A stretch of DNA of 64,000 nt from contig DASSJI010000003.1 of NCBI GenBank assembly GCA_035691285.1, positions 282-64,281 on the forward strand, in the 5' to 3' direction. Positions within the stretch are counted from its first letter, which is position 1; each line of letters begins with the position of its first letter. This stretch comes from Vicinamibacteria bacterium (lineage in GTDB: Bacteria > Acidobacteriota > Vicinamibacteria > Fen-336). Shown in pieces: positions 10,881-23,882 of this stretch. Below the pieces are notes generated by a model. That model was not told the origin of the DNA. It was given only the letters and a program-made list of their open reading frames with translations, and made no database searches. The position numbers and the translations under genes are program-made.

Positions 10881-12065
10881 ATGAGCGAGGACGTCGTCAT
10901 CCTGGGCGGTGCGCGCACGCCCATGCGCGAGTACGTCGGAGACTTCAAGGACGTCTCGGCCCTGGAGCTCGGGGCCGTGGCGGCAAGAGGCGCCCTCGAG
11001 CGGACGGGAACCCGGCCCGAGTGGGTCGACCACGTGGTCATGGGCAACGCTCTCCAGACCTCGGGCGACGCGATCTACGGTGCGCGCCACGTCGGCCTCA
11101 AGGCGGGAGTGCCGATCGAGACGCCGGCCCTCACCGTGAACCGCCTGTGCGGCTCGGGGATCCAGGCCGTGGTCAGCTCCGCTCAGATGATCCGCCTCGG
11201 CGAGGCGCGCCTCGCGCTGGCGGGGGGCATGGAGAACATGAGCCAGGCGCCTCACGTGATCCGCGGCGCGCGAGGAGGCTTCGGCCTGGGCCAGGGCAAG
11301 CTCGAGGACTCGCTCATGGTCGCGCTCCTCGACACGCATTGCGGCCTCTACATGGCCCAGACGTCGGACAACCTGGCGCGTCGCCACGGGATCGACCGTG
11401 AGGCCATGGACGACTACGCGCTGCGCAGCCAGAAGGCGGCCGCCGCGGCGAAGGCCCGCTGCGTGTTCAGGGAGGAGATCGTCCCCGTCGACGCGCCCGC
11501 GGGCCGACAGACGATCCGTGTGGAGGACGACGACCACCTGCGGCCCGAGACGACTCGCGAGGGGCTCGCAGCGCTGCGGCCCGCCTTCGGGAAGGACGGT
11601 TCCGTGACGGCGGGTAACGCGAGCGGCATCGTCGACGGCGCTGCGGTCCTCGTCGTTGCCGGGCGCGAGGCCGCCCGGGAACACGGGCTCCGGCCGCTCG
11701 CGCGGGTCGTCGCGTGGGGGCTCGCCGGAGTGCCTCCGGAGATCATGGGCATCGGACCGGTGCCGGCCTCTCGGAAGGCGTTGGACGCCGCTGGCCTGGA
11801 GCTCGCCGCCATGGATCTCGTCGAGGTCAACGAGGCCTTCGCGGGCCAGTACCTCGCCGTCGAGAAGGAGCTGGGCCTCGTTCGGGAGAAGACCAACGTC
11901 AACGGCGGCGCGATCGCACTCGGCCATCCGCTCGGCGCCACCGGCACGCGTCTCCTGTTGACGTTGACGCTGGAGCTGCGCCGGCGGAATGGGCGCTACG
12001 GCCTCGCGACCGCCTGCATCGGCGGCGGACAGGGCATCGCCATGATCATCGAGCGAGAGGAGTAG
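10881..12065 (+). CDS. Acetyl-CoA C-acetyltransferase (thiolase II)
   Basis: ATG at 10881. The translation contains MSEDVVILGGARTPM..., VNRLCGSGIQAV (active-site Cys), NVNGGAIALGHPLGATG and ACIGGGQGIAMIIE. Confidence 0.9.
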   Translation: MSEDVVILGGARTPMREYVGDFKDVSALELGAVAARGALERTGTRPEWVDHVVMGNALQTSGDAIYGARHVGLKAGVPIETPALTVNRLCGSGIQAVVSSAQMIRLGEARLALAGGMENMSQAPHVIRGARGGFGLGQGKLEDSLMVALLDTHCGLYMAQTSDNLARRHGIDREAMDDYALRSQKAAAAAKARCVFREEIVPVDAPAGRQTIRVEDDDHLRPETTREGLAALRPAFGKDGSVTAGNASGIVDGAAVLVVAGREAAREHGLRPLARVVAWGLAGVPPEIMGIGPVPASRKALDAAGLELAAMDLVEVNEAFAGQYLAVEKELGLVREKTNVNGGAIALGHPLGATGTRLLLTLTLELRRRNGRYGLATACIGGGQGIAMIIEREE

Positions 12066-12950
12066 ATGGCCATTCGGACGGTGGGCGTCGTGGGTTGCGG
12101 GTTGATGGGCTCCGGCATCGCGCAGGTCGCCGCCGAGGCCGGCTACCTCGTGAAGGTGCGCGAGGTCTCCGACGACCTGTTGAGGAAGGGCCTCGGCCGG
12201 ATCGACGCCTTCCTCCAGAAGGGCGTGGAGAAGGGCAAGGTCACTGCCGAGCGGAAGGCCGAGGTGATGTCGCGTTTGAGCGGCACCACGCGGCTCGAGG
12301 ACCTGGCCGCGTGCGACATCGTGATCGAGGCGGTTGTGGAGAGCCTCGAGCTGAAGGGCGAGGTCTACCGCGCCCTCGACCAGGCCTGCCCGGCGGCCAC
12401 GATCTTCGCCTCCAACACCTCGTCCCTCTCGATCACCGAGATGGCCGCGTTCACGAAGCGCGGGGACCGCTTCGTGGGCCTGCACTTCTTCAACCCCGTG
12501 CCCCTGATGAAGCTCGTCGAGGTGGTGCGCTCTCCGCTGACCTCCGCCGCCGCGTTCGACGAGGCCTACGCCTTCGCCCGGAGCCTGGGCAAGGAGCCGA
12601 TCAAGGCGACCGACAGGACGGGCTTCATCGTCAACCGGCTGCTGGTTCCATACCTGCTCGACGCGATCCGCGCCCTCGAGGAGGGCGTGGGCACGATCGA
12701 AGACATCGACCGCGGCATGCAGCTCGGCTGCGGCTACCCGATGGGCCCGCTGACGCTCCTGGACTTCGTGGGCAACGACACGACCTACTACATCGCGAAC
12801 ATCATGTTCGACGAGTTCCGTGAGAGGCGCTTCGCCCCGCCGCCCCTGCTGAAGCGCATGGTCCAGGCCGGCCTCCACGGCCGCAAGGCGGGCAAGGGGT
12901 TCTACGACTACAGCCAGGAGCCCCCGCGGCCGACGGGCGGCCTCGTGTGA
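12066..12950 (+). CDS. hbd: 3-hydroxybutyryl-CoA (3-hydroxyacyl-CoA) dehydrogenase
   Basis: 294 aa. VGVVGCGLMGSGIAQV Rossmann motif, FASNTSSLSITE, HFFNPVPLMKLVEV and GFIVNRLLVPYL. Confidence 0.9.
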   Translation: MAIRTVGVVGCGLMGSGIAQVAAEAGYLVKVREVSDDLLRKGLGRIDAFLQKGVEKGKVTAERKAEVMSRLSGTTRLEDLAACDIVIEAVVESLELKGEVYRALDQACPAATIFASNTSSLSITEMAAFTKRGDRFVGLHFFNPVPLMKLVEVVRSPLTSAAAFDEAYAFARSLGKEPIKATDRTGFIVNRLLVPYLLDAIRALEEGVGTIEDIDRGMQLGCGYPMGPLTLLDFVGNDTTYYIANIMFDEFRERRFAPPPLLKRMVQAGLHGRKAGKGFYDYSQEPPRPTGGLV

Positions 12951-13744
12951 CGGGAGCGAGCATGGAATACCAGAGCCTCCTGGTCCAGAAGCGGGAAGGC
13001 GTGGCCTTCGTTACGATCAACCGGCCCGACAAGCTCAACGCCCTGAACGACAGGGTGATGGAGGAGCTGGACTCGGCCTTCGCGGCCCTCGGCGCTGACG
13101 CCGAGGTACGCGGCGTGGTGCTCACGGGCGCCGGCGAGAAGGCGTTCGTCGCGGGCGCCGACATCGGCGAGCTGTCGGAGCAGAGCCCGGTGGGCGGCAA
13201 GGACAAGTCGGTCCGTGGCCAGCGCGTGCTCGACCGCATCGAGGGCCTCGGGAAGCCCGTGGTGGCGGCGGTCAACGGCTTCGCCCTCGGCGGCGGCTGC
13301 GAGCTGGCCATGGCGTGCCACGTGCGCGTCGCCTCGGAGAACGCACGGCTCGGGACGCCCGAGGTGAAGCTGGGGCTGATGTGCGGCTACGCGGGCACGC
13401 AGCGCCTGGCGCGGCTGGTGGGAAAGGGCCGGGCGCTGGAGATCCTCCTCACCGGGGAGCCGGTGGACGCCGCCGAGGCGCATCGCATCGGCCTCGTGAA
13501 CCGCGTCGTGCCCAAGGACAGCCTCCTGGCCGAAGCCGAGGCCCTGCTGCGGAAGATGATCGCCAACGCGCCGGTCTCCCTCCGGTTCTCGATCGAGGCG
13601 GTCAATGCGGGCCTCGAGCTGCCGTTCGCCGAGGCCCAGTACCTGGAGGCCACGCTCTTCGGCCTGCTCTGCACGACCGAGGACATGAAGGAGGGAACGC
13701 GGGCCTTCCTCGAGAAGCGGCCGGCGAAGTTCCAGGGCAAGTGA
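12947..13744 (+). CDS. Enoyl-CoA hydratase (crotonase family)
   Basis: 265 aa. ITINRPDKLNAL, GAGEKAFVAGADI, AAVNGFALGGGCELAMACH and PEVKLGL. The GTG at 12947 overlaps the hbd stop; an alternative ATG lies at 12962. Confidence 0.9.
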   Translation: MTGASMEYQSLLVQKREGVAFVTINRPDKLNALNDRVMEELDSAFAALGADAEVRGVVLTGAGEKAFVAGADIGELSEQSPVGGKDKSVRGQRVLDRIEGLGKPVVAAVNGFALGGGCELAMACHVRVASENARLGTPEVKLGLMCGYAGTQRLARLVGKGRALEILLTGEPVDAAEAHRIGLVNRVVPKDSLLAEAEALLRKMIANAPVSLRFSIEAVNAGLELPFAEAQYLEATLFGLLCTTEDMKEGTRAFLEKRPAKFQGK

Positions 13745-13763
13745 GCTGGGGAGCGTCGCGGGG

Positions 13764-14315
13764 ATGAAGGAAGCGCCTTCTTCCCGGCCTCAGGGGCGCG
13801 GCCTTCGCGTGGCGGTCGTGCGCGCGCGCTTCAATCCCGGCATCGTGGACGGGCTCTCCGAGGGAGCCGAGGGCGCGCTCACCCAGATGGGGGTCGCCCA
13901 CGTGGTCGTCATGGATGCGCCCGGCGCCTTCGAGCTGCCCCTCGCGGCCGGCGCGGCCGCGGCCTCGGGCCGCTTCGACGCCGTCGTGGCGCTGGGCGCC
14001 GTGATCCGCGGCGACACCGATCACTACGAGCACATCGCCCGCGAGGCCGCCGCGGGCCTCCAGAGAACAGCCTTGGACACGGGCGTGCCCGTCGGATTCG
14101 GCGTCCTCACCTGCGCGACCGAGGCGCAGGCCGTCGAGCGGTCCCGACCGGGGCCTGGAAACAAGGGCGCCGAGGCCGCTCGCGCCGCGGTCGCGCTGGC
14201 CCTCACGCTGCGGTCGTTCCGGCGGCCAGCACGACCACAGAGATCACGGAGAGGCCCGGAGAGAACACAGAGAAGACGGAAGTCACGGAAGGCACACGCC
14301 ACGAGAGGGCGATGA
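13764..14315 (+). CDS. ribH: 6,7-dimethyl-8-ribityllumazine synthase with an atypical Arg/Lys-rich C-terminal extension encoded by a repeat element
   Basis: LRVAVVRARFN, GAFELPLAA, AVVALGAVIRGDTDHYEHIA, VPVGFGVLTC and NKGAEAARAAV. The last ~30 aa (RRPARPQRSRRGPERTQRRRKSRKAHATRGR) are read from repeat copy A. Confidence 0.85.
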   Translation: MKEAPSSRPQGRGLRVAVVRARFNPGIVDGLSEGAEGALTQMGVAHVVVMDAPGAFELPLAAGAAAASGRFDAVVALGAVIRGDTDHYEHIAREAAAGLQRTALDTGVPVGFGVLTCATEAQAVERSRPGPGNKGAEAARAAVALALTLRSFRRPARPQRSRRGPERTQRRRKSRKAHATRGR

Positions 14316-14398
14316 GATGAACCCCCGGGGCCCTCGGCGGTCGTTCTCGGTGTCCTCTGTGGCCTTCGTGGCCGTAGTTGCGGTGCTGCGTGGGTAGG
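14221..14398. repeat. Palindromic CACAGAG/CACGGAG-rich intergenic element, copy A (REP/MITE-like)
   Basis: The left arm has CACAGAG twice plus CACGGAG, and the right arm has the complementary CTCTGTG. It shares an identical 19-mer CACGGAGAGGCCCGGAGAG (14245-14263) with copy B. It spans the whole ribH-nusB gap. Confidence 0.7.
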
Positions 14399-14804
14399 CG
14401 GACCAAGGCGCGCGAGTGCGCGTTCCAGATGCTGTATCAGTGGGACATGACGCGGGCGGCCATGGACGACGTCGTCGAGTCCTACTGGAAGGTGCGCAGC
14501 ACGACGGACCTCACCCGTGCCATGGCGGAACGGCTCGCGCGCGGCGCCCAGGCCCAGGTCGAGCGCATCGACCGCGAGATCGCCCTGGTGTCGAGGAACT
14601 GGCGCTTCGACCGGATCGCCGCGGTGGACCGGAACATCATCCGCATCGGGGCCTTCGAGCTGGTGAACGACGGCGACACGCCGTCGGCGGTGATCATCGA
14701 CGAGGCCGTGGAGATGGCCAGGCGCTTCGGCGAGGCGGACTCCACCGCGTTCGTGAACGGCGTGCTCGACGCGATCATGCGCCGCGTGCGCGGGGAGGCC
14801 AAGC

Positions 14805-14821
<17 letters not shown>
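14390..14821 (+). CDS. nusB: Transcription antitermination factor NusB
   Basis: GRRTKARECAFQMLYQWDM matches the conserved NusB N-terminus (RRxARExAxQxLY). AVDRNIIRIGAFEL and EAVEMARRFG are also present. I prefer the GTG at 14390; the ORF track begins at TTG 14378. This is the conserved ribH-nusB pair. Confidence 0.85.
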
Positions 14822-16378
<1,557 letters not shown>

Positions 16379-16382
<4 letters not shown>

Positions 16383-17617
16383 CCCTGCCGTTCGAGCTTC
16401 GCGTCGCGCTGCGCTACCTGACGGCGCGCCGCAAGCAGGCCTTCATCTCGGTGATCTCCGGGATCTCGATCCTCGGCGTCGGCGTGGGCGTGATGGCGGT
16501 CCTGATCGCCCTCGGCCTCATGACCGGCCTGCAGACCGAGGTCCGCTCGCGGATCCTGGGCGCGACCGCGCACCTGAGCCTCTTCAAGGGCCGGAGCGAC
16601 GCCATCGAGGAGTATCGCGAGGTGGTCGAGGAGGTGCGCAAGGTGGCCCGGGTCCAGGGCGCGGCTCCCGTGGTCTACGGCAAGGGCCTGCTCGCGAGCT
16701 CGGGAGGCTCGGCGGTGGCGACCCTCAAGGGCATCGTGCCCGCGGACGAGAGGACCGTCACGGAGCTGGCGCGCCAGGTGGAGGATGGCGCCTCCCTCGA
16801 CGCTCTCGTCGCCCCCGCGGAGGGCATGGCGCCCATCCTCCTGGGCCGGGACCTCGCGGCGAGCCTGGGCGTCGGCCCGGGAGACGTCGTGACGGTCACG
16901 TCGCCGCAAGGCCGGCTGTCGCCCATGGGGGTGCTGCCGCGGATGGCGCGCTTCCGCGTGCTCGGGACCGTCCGCAGCGGGCTCTACGAGTTCGACGCCG
17001 AGTGGGCCTACCTGCCCCTCGCGACGGCGCAGCGGCTCTTCGACGTCGGCGACCGCGCCAGCCTGGTCGAGGTCCGGGTCGACGACATGTACGCGGTGCG
17101 GGCGATCGCAGACGAGGTGCTGCGCGCCCTCGGCGACGGCTACATCACCACCGACTGGATCCAGATGAACCAGAGCCTCTTCTCGGCCCTGTGGCTCGAG
17201 AAGACGGCCATCACCATCACGATCGGCCTGATCGTGGCCGTGGCCGCCCTGAACATCGTGGCGACGCTCATCCTCATGGTCATGGAGAAGCACAAGGACA
17301 TCGGGATCCTCGTCTCCATGGGCGCGGGGAGGGGGACGATCGCGGGCATCTTCATGCTCCAGGGGACGGTGATCGGGGCGGTGGGGACGGTGGTCGGCGG
17401 GCTTCTCGGCTGGGGCGCCTGCCGAGTCCTGGACCGCTACCGGCTGATCCAGGTGCCCCAGGACGTCTACCAGATCGCGTACGTGCCCTTCTCGCTGCTC
17501 CCGGGCGATGCGGCGATCGTCGTCTTTGGCGCGCTCCTCACGTGCTTCGTGGCCACGATCCATCCGGCCCGGGGCGCGGCCCGCGTCGATCCCGCCGAGG
17601 CCCTGAGGTACGAATGA
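16379..17617 (+). CDS. Lipoprotein-releasing ABC transporter permease (LolC/LolE family)
   Basis: The GTG at 16379 overlaps the lysS stop. FELRVALRYLTARRKQAFISVISGISILGVGVGVMAVLIAL is the canonical LolC/E N-terminus, and the C-terminus is an FtsX-type domain. Confidence 0.85.
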
Positions 17618-18306
17618 CGGCCACGCTGCTCCACGCGAGCGCGCTGGTGAAGGGCTACCGCACGCCGGCCGGCTACGTCGCCGTCCTCCAGGGGCTGGAC
17701 CTCGAGGTGAAGGACGGCGAGATGCTCGCGATCATCGGAGCGTCCGGCGTCGGGAAGTCGACGCTGCTCCACGTGCTGGGAACGCTCGACCGCCCCGAGA
17801 GCGGACGCGTCGCCCTCGAAGGCGAGGACGTCTTCGCCCTCGACGAACGCCGGCTCCGCGCGTTCAGGAATCGCACCATCGGGTTCGTGTTCCAGTTCCA
17901 CCATCTGCTCCCCGAGTTCAGCGCCTTGGAGAACGTCGCGATGCCCCTCCTCATCGCGCGGCGCCCGCCGGCGGAGTCCTTCGCCCGGGCGCAGGCGCTG
18001 CTGACCGACCTGGGGCTGGGCGAGCGCCTGTCGCATCGCCCGGGAGCGCTGTCGGGCGGAGAGCAGCAGCGCGTCGCCGTGGCCCGCGCGCTGGCGGCCG
18101 CGCCGCGCGTCCTCCTGGCCGACGAGCCCACCGGGAACCTGGATTCCGAGACCGGCGCCCGACTCCACGAGCTGCTGCGGCGTCTCAACCAGGAGTGGAA
18201 GCTCACCGTGGTCGTGGTGACACACAACGAGCGCCTCGCGGAGGCGTGCGACCGGTCGCTGCGCCTGGCAGACGGCCGCCTGCACGCCGTGGCCGCAAAC
18301 CAATAG
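17614..18306 (+). CDS. lolD: Lipoprotein-releasing ABC transporter ATP-binding protein
   Basis: The ATG at 17614 overlaps the upstream stop (ATGA). Walker A GASGVGKST, signature LSGGEQQRVAVARA and Walker B LLADEPTGNLD. Confidence 0.85.
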   Translation: MTATLLHASALVKGYRTPAGYVAVLQGLDLEVKDGEMLAIIGASGVGKSTLLHVLGTLDRPESGRVALEGEDVFALDERRLRAFRNRTIGFVFQFHHLLPEFSALENVAMPLLIARRPPAESFARAQALLTDLGLGERLSHRPGALSGGEQQRVAVARALAAAPRVLLADEPTGNLDSETGARLHELLRRLNQEWKLTVVVVTHNERLAEACDRSLRLADGRLHAVAANQ

Positions 18307-18307
18307 C

Positions 18308-18316
18308 TGCTAGAAT
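18308..18316 (+). promoter_or_regulatory. Extended -10-like TGCTAGAAT, 7 nt upstream of the clpC ATG
   Basis: TGCTAGAAT at 18308-18316 with the ATG at 18324. The same GCTAGAATCG 10-mer occurs at 6179-6188. Confidence 0.3.
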
Positions 18317-18323
18317 CGGGCGG

Positions 18324-20728
<2,405 letters not shown>

Positions 20729-20732
<4 letters not shown>

Positions 20733-23116
20733 GATGGGTTCCCGAGCTCGCCCGGGCGGCGCTCGTCGCCGCCGCGCTGGCGCTGCCGCGCGCCGCGGGC
20801 GCCCAGGAGCCCGTCGCCGACGCGCCCCTCGTGGAGCGCGTGGAGATCCTGAGGAACCAGTACCTGCAGACGGAGACGCTGCTCTACTACGTCTCGACCA
20901 AGCCCGGCGAACGCTACGACGAGGTCCGTGTCCGCGAGGACTTCCGGCGGCTGTGGGACACCGGCTTTCTCGACGACCTGCTCCTGGACGTTCGGGACGG
21001 CGAGAAGGGCAAGGTCGTGACATTCGTGGTCCGGGAGCGCCGACGCATCCAGATCGTGGACTACCGCGGCAGCAAGGAGATGACCACGACGGCGATCGAG
21101 GATGCGTTGAAGGAGAAGGACGCGCTGATCCGGATCGACACCTTCTACGACCCCGGGAAGGCGAAGCGGGTGGAGGAGGTGATCGTGCAGTCCCTGAAGG
21201 AGAAGGGCCTGAGCTTCGCGAGCGCGAAGCACGAGACGAAGTCCGTCGGTGCGGCGGGGCTGCAGCTCTCCTTCGTGATCGACGACGGGCCCAAGAGCAA
21301 GGTGAAGGAGATCGTCTTCACCGGGAACGAGGTGTTCTCCGACGGGAAGCTGCGCGGGGCCATGAAGAAGATCAAGGAATCGGGCTTCTTCAACCTGACC
21401 TGGATCAACGGCAAGAACAAGTTCAGCGACGAGAAATGGGCGGAGGACCAGGAGAAGCTGAGGGAGCACTACCTCAACCACGGCTACGTGCAGGCGACGG
21501 TCGGGCAGCCGACCCTCACGTACACCGACGGCAAGTCGGGGTTCCTCAAGAAGAAGCCGGTGAAATGGGTGAAGGTCGACATCCCCGTCACCGAGGGGGA
21601 GCAGTACCGGGTGGGGGAGGTGGGCTTCGAGGGCCTCACGGTCTTCAAGGAGGACGCGGTCCGCGACCTGTTCAAGCTGCAGACGGGGGACGTGTACAAC
21701 GACTCGAAGCTGAAGAAGGGGTACTCGAAGCTCAGCGAGATCTACGGCTCGGTGGGGTACTTCCAGATGACGGGGTTCACGAAGCGGAAGCCGGATACGG
21801 AGCGGAAGGTGGTGGACCTCGTCCTGACGATGGAGGAGGACAAGAAGTACTACGTCGGCAAGATCCGGTTCACCGGCAACGAGACCACGCGGGACAAGGT
21901 CATCCGGCGCGAGATCTACCTGAACGAGGCGGACGTGTTCAACACCGAGGCGCTCAAGCTGACGCTCAGGAGGATCAACCAGCTCGGCTACTTCAAGCCG
22001 ATGGAGGCGCCGCCGGAGATCACCCAGACGCCGGGCAAGGAGGATCATCTGGATCTGACGTTCAAGGTGGAGGAGCAGAACCGGAACCAGTTCACCTTCG
22101 GCGGCGGCGTCTCGGGCCTCGAGGGCACGTTCATCAACGCCAGCTTCGCCACCTCCAACTTCCTCGGGCTCGGAGAGACGCTGTCGGTCTACGCCCAGAG
22201 CGGCAGGCGCACCAAGAACTACCAGCTCTCGATCACCGAGCCCTACTTCCTCGACCGCCCGATCACCCTGGGCGCCGACATCTTCAAGCGCAAGATCCGC
22301 TACGAGAGCTTCGGCACCTTCGTGGGCTACACCCAGGAGGGGACGGGCGGCGGCGTCACGACCGGCATGCCGGTGGGCCGCTTCAGCCGTGTCTTCCTGA
22401 ACTACGGCTTCGAGGAGATCAAGATCTCGGGGCTCACGACGAGCACCAGCACCACGACCGACGGCTCGCCCCTCTACAACCCGTCGTTCTTCGGGGCGGA
22501 GACGAACCGCACCGAGAGCCGGGTCACGCCGTCCATCGTCCACAACACCGTGGACAGCCCGTTCACGCCGCGCTCGGGCAGGAAGCTGAGCGTGAGCCTC
22601 CAGGTTGCGGGCGGGCCGCTCGGCGGCACGGTCGACTACTTCCGCCCCACGATCGAGGGCGTGCTCTATCTCCCGCACACCCGGAAGACGGCCCTGGGCC
22701 TGCGCCTCGAGGGCGCGTTCATCACCGCCTTCGGCGACACGCGGACGCTGCCCTACTATCAGCGCTTCTTCCTGGGCGGCGAGACCCAGATCCGGGGCGT
22801 GAACATCCGCACCGTGGGCCCCGTGGACTCCTTCAACCGGGCCCTGGGCGGGAACAAGTACGCCTTGTTCAACGCCGAGTACTACTTCGACGTCTTCGGA
22901 CCGCTGCGCTTCCTGCTCTTCTACGACGCCGGGCAGGCCTTCCTGGAAGGCGAGCCCATCGACATCAAGGAGTTCCGCACCTCGACGGGGGTCGAGCTGC
23001 GGTTCTTCATGCCCGTGATCAACGTTCCCTTCCGCCTGATATACGCCTGGAACCCCCAGCGGGACCCCTTCCAGGAGAAGTCGACCTTCAAGTTCGCCGT
23101 TGGCACCACCTTCTAA
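20729..23116 (+). CDS. bamA: Outer membrane protein assembly factor BamA
   Basis: The GTG at 20729 overlaps the clpC stop. Signal peptide, POTRA repeats (V..V.F.GN....D..LR) and a C-terminal Omp85 barrel ending RLIYAWNPQRDPFQEKSTFKFAVGTTF. Confidence 0.9.
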
Positions 23117-23125
23117 GGAGAAGAC

Positions 23126-23809
23126 ATGAGAAAGACGTACCTGCCCATCCTGATCCTGACCCTCGCCGCTCCTCTGGCGCCTGCCCAGGAGACGGCGGCG
23201 CCTGCGGCCAAGCCCGAGAGGGGTCCCCGCCTGGCCGTGATCAACATGGAGCGCATCTACGCGGAAAGCCTGCTCGGCAAGAGCTACGCGAAGCGGCTCG
23301 AGGAGCTCAAGAACGAGATCGACGCCGAGGGCCAGAAGAAGCAGGCCGATCTCAACAAGATCGACGCCGCCATCAAGGCGCTCCAGGAGGAGCTCGAGAA
23401 GCAGGGCGGCGTCATGTCCCCGGAGGCCGTCGAGAAGAAGACCGCCGAGCTGAAGAAGAAGCAGCGCGACCGCCAGGCCTTCGTCGAGGACGGCCAGGGG
23501 GAGATCCAGCGCATGCGCGAGCGGGCCCAGCAGCAGGCCCAGGCGTACGAGAACGAGTTCGGCGTGAAGATCCGTCCGCACATCGAGGCGGTTGTGAAGG
23601 AGAAGTCGATCGACATCCTCCTCGACAGCCGGGTCGTCGTGAGCGCGACGAAGGAGACGGACGTCTCCCTCGACGTGATCAACCGCTCGAACGACGCCGA
23701 GAAGGCGGCGAAGCCCGCGGCGGCCGCAGCGCCGCCCAAGCCGGCCGCGCCGGCCGCGCCCGCCCCGGCCGCCCCCACTCCCGCGCCGACTCCGACGCCG
23801 AACCCGTAG
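23126..23809 (+). CDS. skp: OmpH/Skp family periplasmic chaperone with an Ala/Pro-rich tail
   Basis: 227 aa. Signal peptide, a coiled-coil-rich Lys/Glu/Gln body, and a position immediately after bamA. Confidence 0.8.
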   Translation: MRKTYLPILILTLAAPLAPAQETAAPAAKPERGPRLAVINMERIYAESLLGKSYAKRLEELKNEIDAEGQKKQADLNKIDAAIKALQEELEKQGGVMSPEAVEKKTAELKKKQRDRQAFVEDGQGEIQRMRERAQQQAQAYENEFGVKIRPHIEAVVKEKSIDILLDSRVVVSATKETDVSLDVINRSNDAEKAAKPAAAAAPPKPAAPAAPAPAAPTPAPTPTPNP

Positions 23810-23882
23810 GCGCCGATCCGAGGCCCGAGGCCCCGAGCGGGCGACCGCCCGGGGCCCGGCCCGGGAGCCGCGCAAGAGCCGA

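Noticed and set aside
9693-12878. A 1061-aa minus-strand ORF that would span the thiolase and hbd loci.
   Set aside because: Only the last 361 codons (from ATG 10778, with a lipoprotein signal and TolB-like repeats) look coding. The upstream part is antisense to well-supported thiolase and hbd genes and is Arg/Gly/Asp-rich noise.
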